Source of the DNA: an uncultured Acidobacteriota bacterium
GTDB lineage: Bacteria > Acidobacteriota > Polarisedimenticolia > J045
Assembly (NCBI GenBank): GCA_963702425.1
Contig: CAVPCQ010000024.1
Coordinates: forward strand, 32,001 to 96,000
Length of the DNA: 64,000 nt
Reading direction: 5' to 3'
In this document: positions 58,101 to 64,000 of the stretch, in pieces
Numbering within the stretch: position 1 is the stretch's first letter
How the letters are laid out: each line of letters starts with the position of its first letter
Made by a program: the position numbers and the translations under genes
Notes under the pieces: generated by a model
What the model was told of the DNA's origin: nothing
The model's database searches: none
What the model saw: only the letters and a program-made list of their open reading frames with translations

Positions 58101-58465
58101 TCGACGACTACTACAACATGGCCGACGTGACGCAGGTGATCAGCAAGAAGTACGGCTACCACTTCACGTATTTCGACATCCCGGGGTTCATGAAGCAGAT
58201 GAACCAGCGCTGCACGCAGGACGACCTGCTCTACCCGCTCACGGACTTCTTCATCCGCTCCCAGGACAAGCTCGCCGCGATGCAGCACAAGCGCTACAAC
58301 AACGACATGTACCGCGTGGCCAGGGCGCAGTCCGGCGGGCGTCCCGATCCGTCGCTCGAGGACACCGTGACCTACATCGTCGACTACATGCTGCGCGAAG
58401 GGATCATCGAGCCGCTGGGCGGAAAGTCCGCGCGGGCCGGGGGCGCGTCGTCCCTGCCCGCGTAA
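55193..58465 (+). CDS. Fatty acyl-AMP ligase - carrier protein - thioester reductase (FAAL-ACP-R) fusion
   Basis: LQYTSGSTSDPKG, SWLPQYHDMGLIG, YGLAE, LVSCG, RTGDLG, KTTSGK (FAAL); GIDSL (phosphopantetheine Ser); TGATGFFG, NVDGTREIL, GYAQSKW (R domain). Confidence 0.88.
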   Translation: MNSIVDYLDHWAAVQPDKCLYSYLEVDGTEREAYTYQAFSERTRHLAEFISQLEGLKHGDRALLVFPPGLEVIVAFLACARAGIIPVPVYPPTPMNFESGLAKLTFVAKDCGAKIALTTRGFYSSYRLLLAKRKIASLWLSGPELPNLEWVTTDDVRGQAAADFRNRVHDTLFLQYTSGSTSDPKGVIVSQRNVVQNAHATLTHVPICVSWLPQYHDMGLIGYYLFPLIEGGTVYGFSPLNFLKRPALWLQTISRVKSTITSSPNFGFDYCLREDKLPAEELAGIDLSSLQFLMNAAEPVRAETFSHFYERFEPYGLSRDAHVVAYGLAEYTLCVSNWGRQIVTVNKQLIQQRTLHIENYQPLNNNQVRLVSCGKPLKGVQARIVDPDTCVALSERAIGEIWLAGDSRCQGYWNRPELSREVFQGRIANEPADAPPHLRTGDLGFLYEGEIFVCGRSKDLIIIRGVNYYPQDIEAIVEGASPRIRKGGAVAFAVDIGGEALVVLAEVRKAGDLPDPAEIAKAIRTQYYIEPHTIAFVPHGSIAKTTSGKIARALTRQRWQDGELEVIATYVSTRDHEPPGELNGLRERFQYIVTLYNLTGHEEYTFAEIGIDSLTLVRLLEDIKVLLEEHDAGSLVKDVDVRLLQRLTVAEFFSLLDQFEHSSNEPILALRYVLRRIQEEHEGYERECMRSDAEFSVSGFAVSRAEQQPVSNVLLTGATGFFGPFLLNSLLRKTPFNFYTVTRATDPVHGLDRIKSALRRSRLLTPELEDALERRVHVVCGNLTRHNLGLSSEQWKNLSQKVQAICHNGALVNYVLNYDALRPANVDGTREILRFAFTGAPKQFHMISSTFIYGWTVKAMLFEKDNNPEMANLDFGYAQSKWVAEQLVLAAQKSGLDARIYRPSLISASTNGVGSKDDIAVRLLAFMIRHGIGVTARNQISFLPADLVADNIASIFKEPEIPARTLHFTVDDYYNMADVTQVISKKYGYHFTYFDIPGFMKQMNQRCTQDDLLYPLTDFFIRSQDKLAAMQHKRYNNDMYRVARAQSGGRPDPSLEDTVTYIVDYMLREGIIEPLGGKSARAGGASSLPA

Positions 58466-58571
58466 AGACGATCCGGGTGCCCGGCTGACACCCGGTTGCC
58501 GTCCCGCTCCGGGTTTGCGTATCGTGGGGCGCCCGAAACGCCGCCTCCCGGCCGGATCCCGGAGCCCCTGC

Positions 58572-59084
58572 ATGCCGCTCACCCCGCTCGACATCGAGTC
58601 CCGCCGCTTCAAGCGCGAGTTCGCCGGCTACAGCAAGAACGAGGTCAGCACGTTCCTGCGCTCCGCCGCCGACGCCCTGTCGCAGGCGACGCTGGAGCGC
58701 GAGGAGCTCGGCCGGATGCTGCAGGCGGCCCGCGGCGAGGTGGACGACTACCGCCACCGCGAGCGGATCCTGATCGACGCGCTGGCGGCGTCGGAGAAGA
58801 TCGGCGAGGACCGCCGCGCGGCGGCGCAGCAGGATGCGGAGCGGATCGTCGGCGAAGCCCGCTTCCAGGCCGAGCAGCTCCTGGCGCGCACGCGCGAGGA
58901 GATCACGCGCCTGCAGCAGCACATCATCCGGATCAAGACCGAGCGCGAGATGTTCGAGAGCCGGCTCTCGGCGCTGATCGACGAGCACCGCCGCCTGCTC
59001 GACATCCGCCGCCAGGAGGCGGTCGTCACCGACCGGCTCCGCGCGGGCCGCACGAGTCTGCCCCCCACGACCGAGCATGAGTGA
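58572..59084 (+). CDS. divIVA: DivIVA domain protein
   Basis: LTPLDIESRRFKREFAGYSKNEVSTFL followed by a coiled coil. Confidence 0.85.
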   Translation: MPLTPLDIESRRFKREFAGYSKNEVSTFLRSAADALSQATLEREELGRMLQAARGEVDDYRHRERILIDALAASEKIGEDRRAAAQQDAERIVGEARFQAEQLLARTREEITRLQQHIIRIKTEREMFESRLSALIDEHRRLLDIRRQEAVVTDRLRAGRTSLPPTTEHE

Positions 59085-60348
59085 GCGGCCGCCGGCGGAT
59101 CTCGTCATCGTCGGCGCGTCGGAGGTCGTGACCTGCGCGGGCCCGGGCCCGCTCGCAGGGGCCCTCCAGGGGCGGCTGACGATCATCGAGGAAGGGGCGA
59201 TCGCGGCGAAAGACGGCCGCATCGTCTGGGTCGGCCCCGAGACCAGGCTGGCGCGCTCGGTCGCGGTCGAGCCGGGGGCGACGCGGATCGAGGTCGGCGA
59301 CCGCGCGGTGCTGCCCGGGCTCGTCGACGCCCACACGCACCTCGTCTGGGCCGGCGACCGCGCCGACGAGTTCGAGCGGCGCCTGGCCGGCGAGAGCTAC
59401 TCGGAGATTGCGAAGACGGGGGGCGGGATCCTGCGCACGGTCGAGGCCACGCGCGAGGCGTCCCGTGACGAGCTGGCCGCAGCAGCCGGCGCGCGGATCG
59501 ATCGGATGGCGCGCTTTGGCGCGACGACCTTCGAGGTGAAGTCCGGCTACGGCCTCGACCCGGCCAGCGAGATCAAGCTGCTCGAGGCGGCGCGCGCCGC
59601 GGCGCGCGCGCGGCCCTACGAGGTGGTGACGACTTTCCTCGGTGCGCACACCTTTCCGCGCGAGGCGCGCAGCTCGGCGCAGGCCCGCCGCCGCTACGTC
59701 GACAGCGTCGCGAAGGAGATGATCCCCGAGGTGGCGGCCCGCGGTCTGGCGCGCTTCGCTGACGTCTTCGTCGACGAGCACGCCTTCAGCCTGGCCGAGG
59801 CGCAGATGATCCTGACCGCGGCGAAGGAGGCCGGCCTGGCGATCAAGCTGCACGCCGACCAGCTGGCCGACGACGGCACGGCGCAGCTCGCGGCGGAGCT
59901 GGGGGCGACCAGCGCCGACCACCTCGAGCACGCCTCCGACCGGGGCCTGGCTGCGATGGCGGCGGCGGGGACGGTCGCGGTGCTGCTCCCTGCGGCCAGC
60001 GTCTTCCTGCGCAACCGGGAGCAGGCGCCGGCGCGGCGGATGATCGAGCTGGGCCTGCCGGTGGCCCTGGCGACCGACCTCAACCCCGGGACGTCACCGT
60101 GCGAATCGCTGCCGTTGACGATGCAGCTCGGGGCGCTGCTCTACGGGATGACCGTCGCCGAGACGATCGTCGCCGCGACGATCAACGCCGCCGCCGCGTG
60201 CGGTGTCGCCGACCGGGTCGGCTCGATCGAGAAGGAAAAGCGCTGCGACCTGTTCGTGCTCGACGCGGCCGACCACCGGCAGCTGCTCTACCAGTTCGGC
60301 TCGGCGCGGACGCACATGGTGATCGCAGGCGGGCGGATCGTCGCCTGA
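59077..60348 (+). CDS. hutI: Imidazolonepropionase
   Basis: PGLVDAHTHLV, EFERRL.G.SY, EVKSGYGL, KLHADQL, SADHLE, LATDLNPG. Confidence 0.93.
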   Translation: MSERPPADLVIVGASEVVTCAGPGPLAGALQGRLTIIEEGAIAAKDGRIVWVGPETRLARSVAVEPGATRIEVGDRAVLPGLVDAHTHLVWAGDRADEFERRLAGESYSEIAKTGGGILRTVEATREASRDELAAAAGARIDRMARFGATTFEVKSGYGLDPASEIKLLEAARAAARARPYEVVTTFLGAHTFPREARSSAQARRRYVDSVAKEMIPEVAARGLARFADVFVDEHAFSLAEAQMILTAAKEAGLAIKLHADQLADDGTAQLAAELGATSADHLEHASDRGLAAMAAAGTVAVLLPAASVFLRNREQAPARRMIELGLPVALATDLNPGTSPCESLPLTMQLGALLYGMTVAETIVAATINAAAACGVADRVGSIEKEKRCDLFVLDAADHRQLLYQFGSARTHMVIAGGRIVA

Positions 60349-60367
60349 GGGGCGCGCCGCCCGCGAG

Positions 60368-60733
60368 TCACATTCTGAGGTGCTTGAACTCCTCGCTGAA
60401 GTCCCAGACCCACTCGTAGACCTCGAGGTTCACGACGATCCGGTGCTTCATCGTCAGCCGCAGGTCGTTGGGACGGACCTCGAGGTCGAGGTCCTTCTTG
60501 TTCAGCGGGATCTCCAACTCCTTGGCCTTGTCGAGGACCGACTTCAGGATGTCGTCGGTCTTGACCCTCGTCATCGTGCCGGCGAGCTGGACCTGCGAGT
60601 CGGCGAAATCGTGCAGCTCGAGCACCGCCATGCGCGTCGGGATCGTCCGGACCGCGACGAAAATGCCGGCGGCCATGAGCAGCAGCCAGATGACGACCCC
60701 CAGCCGCCCCTCACCTCGTTCGTTGTGCATCAT
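60368..60733 (-). CDS. Small membrane-anchored hypothetical protein (DUF4845/pilin-like N-terminus)
   Basis: MHNERGEGRLG followed by one hydrophobic helix and a soluble domain. Confidence 0.55.
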   Translation of the reverse strand: MMHNERGEGRLGVVIWLLLMAAGIFVAVRTIPTRMAVLELHDFADSQVQLAGTMTRVKTDDILKSVLDKAKELEIPLNKKDLDLEVRPNDLRLTMKHRIVVNLEVYEWVWDFSEEFKHLRM

Positions 60734-60823
60734 GGACAGGCTCCTCCGGCGCCGTCCCCCGGGACCCACGACGGTCCACCGGGAGCGGCCTCCTCGGTGA
60801 GAATCTAGGAACGGAGGCCGGGG

Positions 60824-61954
60824 ATGACCACGCGGCAGGCGAGGGGGGCGGGCGAGGGCGGTCCCGGGGTCGGGAGCGGCGGCCCGGGGGCCGGACCGCT
60901 CGGGGACCGCGAGCTGCTGCGGCAGACCTCCCGGACCTTCGCGCTCTCGGTGGAACTCCTACCAGCGCGCTTGAGGGGGCCGGTTGAGGCAGCCTATCTC
61001 CTTGCGCGAATTGGCGATACGGTAGCGGACCGGGGGATCGCGCCGACCGCCGCGCGGATCGATGAGCTGGAGCGGCTGCGGGGGGCCAGGGCCGCGGGGC
61101 CCGTCGGCAAGGGGTTCCTGGCGGAGGGGGGTGGGGACGGCGACGAGCGAGCGACGCAGGCCGAGGCGCAGCTGCTGGCCGGCGCGGAGGGGATCCTCGC
61201 CCGCCTGGCGCGGCTCCCCGTGGCCGATCGGGACGACGTGCAGCGGGTCGTCGACCGCCTGCTCGCGACGATGGTCGGCGAGCTGCGCCTCTTCGACGAG
61301 GAAGGGCGCGCCCGGGGCGGACTCGCCGCGCTCCCAGACGCCGCCGCGCTGACCGCCTACACCGAGGGGATCGCCGGCTGCGTCGGCGAGTTCTGGACGC
61401 GGCTGCTGGTGCGGCACGCGTCGCTGCCGGCGCTGCTGCGTGTTCCGGCGTCAGCGTCGCCTCCTGCGTCGACGCCGCGGATCGACGCCCTGATCGTCGA
61501 AGGCCGGCGCTACGGTCGCGGCCTGCAGCTGGTCAACGTGCTGCGCGACCTGCCGCGCGACCTGCGCCGCGGCCGCTGCTTCCTCCCGGCCGACGAGCTG
61601 CGCGCGCTGGGGCTGACGCCGCGCGATCTGCTCGATCCCGCCGTGGGCGAGCGTCTCGCGCCGCTCCTCGCCCGCTGGCAGGCCCGCGCGCGGCGCGGCC
61701 TCCTCGCCGGTCTCGCCTACACCGCGCGCCTGCGCGGCGCGGGCTGGCGCGTGCGCACGGCGACCGCACTGCCGGCGGCGTTGGGGCTGGCAACGCTCGC
61801 TGTGCTCGAGCGCGCGCCCCTCGCGGCGCGGCTCGATCCGACCGAGGTGCTGCGCGTGTCGCGGGCCGAAGTGCGCGGGATCGCGGCCCGCACCGCGGTG
61901 CTGGCGCTGCATCCGAGCTGGATCGCGCGGGCCGCGCGGCCCCCCCGAGCGTGA
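60824..61954 (+). CDS. Squalene/phytoene synthase family protein
   Basis: TSRTFALS, YLLARIGDTVAD, YTEGIAGCVGEFWT, GLQLVNVLRD..DL..GRCFLP. Confidence 0.85.
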   Translation: MTTRQARGAGEGGPGVGSGGPGAGPLGDRELLRQTSRTFALSVELLPARLRGPVEAAYLLARIGDTVADRGIAPTAARIDELERLRGARAAGPVGKGFLAEGGGDGDERATQAEAQLLAGAEGILARLARLPVADRDDVQRVVDRLLATMVGELRLFDEEGRARGGLAALPDAAALTAYTEGIAGCVGEFWTRLLVRHASLPALLRVPASASPPASTPRIDALIVEGRRYGRGLQLVNVLRDLPRDLRRGRCFLPADELRALGLTPRDLLDPAVGERLAPLLARWQARARRGLLAGLAYTARLRGAGWRVRTATALPAALGLATLAVLERAPLAARLDPTEVLRVSRAEVRGIAARTAVLALHPSWIARAARPPRA

Positions 61955-62040
61955 CGGTCCGAGCGCAACCCCATCCGGCTTGACCGGCCAGACGGCGCGG
62001 ACCGAGGTTCCCCTGCGGGGGCGTTCCCGCGGAGTGGCCG

Positions 62041-63204
62041 GTGATCGTCGAGCGCACGACCGAAGGACTCACGGCGCGCCTCGCGCCGCGCGGCGCGGGC
62101 CGCTTCGCCGGTGCGGGGTTCCTGGCGCTGTGGCTCGCCGGCTGGGCGGTCGGCGAGACCATCGTGATCGGGATTCTCGGTGGCGGCGCCTGGGCGCTCG
62201 CGACCGGGCGGCCGCTCGGCAACGCGGAGAGCGCACCCGGACTCGCCGGCGCGCTCGCGACCGGCACCTTCCTGCTGGTCTGGCTGGCTTTCTGGACGCT
62301 CGGCGGCACCCTCGCCGCGCGCGAGCTGCTGCGCCTCGCCTGGTCCGAGCAGCGGTTCGTCGTCGGCCCGGAGGGCCTGACGCGGATCGAGCGGATCGGG
62401 CCGTTCACGAGCCGGCGCACGTTCGCGCGCGGCGTGCCGCTGCGGTTCTACCTGCTCGACCGCCCGGGCGCGCTGATGGCCGACGCCGCCGGCGAGCGGG
62501 TGGAGCTGACGCGCCTCGGGACCGCGGAGGAGCGTGCGGAGCTGCGGCAGGCGATCGTCGGCGAACTCGGCCTGCCGGACGAGCCGGCCGAGGCGAACGA
62601 GCCTCCCGCGCTCCCGCGCGGCTGGGAGGTGCTGATCGACCCCGAGGGGAGCCGCGTGCTGGTGCGCGAGCTCGAGGCGCGGCGCAAGCTGGCGCTGACG
62701 ATGATCGCGCTGACGACGCTCGCGGGCGCGGCGACTGCGGCGCTGGCCTGGCGGGGGCAGGACGACGGCAACGCGCTCGTTCCCGCGGCGATGGCGGCCG
62801 CGCTGACGATCGGCTTCGCGCTGATGCAGCAGCGGCTGGCGCGGACGCGCCCGGAGTGGCGCCTCGATTCGGGGCGGCTCCTCCTGCGGCGGCGCGGCCC
62901 GTCCGGGGCGAAGGACCTGTTCGAGGCGGCGTCGCTCGAGATCACGGAGAGCCACGACGACGACGGCGACGCCTGGTACGAACTGGTCGCGCTTGCCGCC
63001 GATGCGGCGCCGGGCGGAGCGGCCATCGCACGCGCCGGCCGCCGGCACGAGCGCCGCACCGTGATCCGCGAGCTTCACGACCCACGCCCGGCGCGCGCCC
63101 TCGGCGCCTGGCTGGCCCGTGAGACGCACCTCCCGCTCGCCGATCGCTCCACGACCGAAGGGCGCGCGGACGAGTGTCGTCAGCCGGGAGCCGTCAGCAG
63201 GTAG
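62041..63204 (+). CDS. Hypothetical membrane protein
   Basis: FLALWLAGWAVGE and FLLVWLAFWTLGG repeated TM motifs. Confidence 0.65.
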   Translation: MIVERTTEGLTARLAPRGAGRFAGAGFLALWLAGWAVGETIVIGILGGGAWALATGRPLGNAESAPGLAGALATGTFLLVWLAFWTLGGTLAARELLRLAWSEQRFVVGPEGLTRIERIGPFTSRRTFARGVPLRFYLLDRPGALMADAAGERVELTRLGTAEERAELRQAIVGELGLPDEPAEANEPPALPRGWEVLIDPEGSRVLVRELEARRKLALTMIALTTLAGAATAALAWRGQDDGNALVPAAMAAALTIGFALMQQRLARTRPEWRLDSGRLLLRRRGPSGAKDLFEAASLEITESHDDDGDAWYELVALAADAAPGGAAIARAGRRHERRTVIRELHDPRPARALGAWLARETHLPLADRSTTEGRADECRQPGAVSR

Positions 63205-64000
63205 ACCGCGAACGACGCCAGCCAGTGCTCCCCCTCGTAGTGGCCGCTGGCGACGCGCGCCAGGCCCGACGCGGCGTGCGCGTCGGCCAGCTTGAGCAGT
63301 CGCGCGCGCCGCGGGTCGGCGGCCGGCAGCGCCGAGGCGATCCCGCGCATCGTCCAGGCGCGCACGAGGTTCAGGCCGTCGAGGTGGACGATCTTCCCGT
63401 CGGTCGGGTCGGTCACCTGCGCCGGGCGCTCGAGGTGGCCGAGGCCGGCCGCCGCGCCCGGCCGCAGCCCCGGCAGGAAGCGGTCGAGCCACGACGAGAA
63501 CTCCGCCGCCGGCAGGACGCGCCGCATCAGGTCGGCCTCGAGCAGGCAGGGGGAGAAGAAGTCCTCGCCGCTCGGCTCGTAGGCCACGGGGCAGGCGGCG
63601 TCGGCGAGGTAGTACGCGCGGCTGCGCTCGACGACGAGCCGCTCGAGCTTCGCGTCGCCCGACCGCGCGCGCGTAGTCGAGTGCGAAGGCCAGCGCGAAG
63701 GCGGTGTTGGGGTGCACGCCGGAGCGGACCGGGTACGACAGCTTCGGGAGGTAGGCCGACAGGCGCTCGACGATCGCGCGCTCGAGCGGCGCGATCTGCT
63801 GCGCCCACGCCCGGGCCTGCGGGTCGTCCCAGGTGCGCAGCTCGGTCGCGAGGCGCAGCAGCCAGGCCCAGCCGTACGGCCGCTCGAACAGCTTCTGGTC
63901 GGGCTCCGCGAAGAAGGCGACCTCGCCCGCGAAGCGTTCGGCGGTGAAGCGTGCCGCCAGCGCCTCGCGCGCGCCCGCGGCGAAGGGCTGGTCCGGGTAG
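63180..64000 (-). CDS. DUF2891 family protein, C-terminal part (start off the right edge); frameshift near 63659
   Basis: FERPYGWAWLL, R.GVHPNTAF, EPSGEDFFSP, HLDGLNL.RAW, SGHYEGEHWLASFAVYLL. Confidence 0.8.
   Translation of the reverse strand, partial: TRTSPSPRARARRWRHASPPNASRARSPSSRSPTRSCSSGRTAGPGCCASRPSCAPGTTRRPGRGRSRSRRSSARSSSACRPTSRSCRTRSAPACTPTPPSRWPSHSTTRARSGDAKLERLVVERSRAYYLADAACPVAYEPSGEDFFSPCLLEADLMRRVLPAAEFSSWLDRFLPGLRPGAAAGLGHLERPAQVTDPTDGKIVHLDGLNLVRAWTMRGIASALPAADPRRARLLKLADAHAASGLARVASGHYEGEHWLASFAVYLLTAPG

Overview
Very GC-rich bacterial chromosome segment spanning the replication origin; gene content (VWA-type exported protein, DUF4252, DUF2891) suggests Acidobacteriota, which is an inference. 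The core includes bactofilin-parB-parA, two perfect parS sites, mnmG-rsmG (inverted relative to the usual order), mnmE, jag-yidC-yidD-rnpA-rpmH, dnaA-oriC-dnaN-recF-gyrB-gyrA, transaldolase, a three-gene acyl-CoA carboxylase, HU, larB, dnaG-rpoD, tRNA-Ile2(CAT), a zinc-ribbon protein, rnhA, yggS, divIVA and hutI. Three accessory blocks interrupt it: about 12 kb between mnmE and jag, about 7.3 kb between rpoD and tRNA-Ile2 (with a degenerate attC cassette array and no integrase in the window), and a FAAL-ACP-reductase gene between yggS and divIVA. The most interesting signals are (1) a four-Cys C-terminal domain of about 100 aa ending in GS.G..S.G.ERPP...C.P....C.P, shared by two otherwise unrelated secreted proteases and a candidate sorting or anchoring domain, (2) the stand-alone FAAL-ACP-R enzyme with a structured leader, (3) the attC array, and (4) an IHF-like AT-rich element beside parS that recurs inside mnmE. 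Six genes, including dnaN and gyrB, are broken by what looks like one extra base each (a seventh possibly), most likely long-read assembly error. All calls come from reading motifs by eye; no database searches were run.
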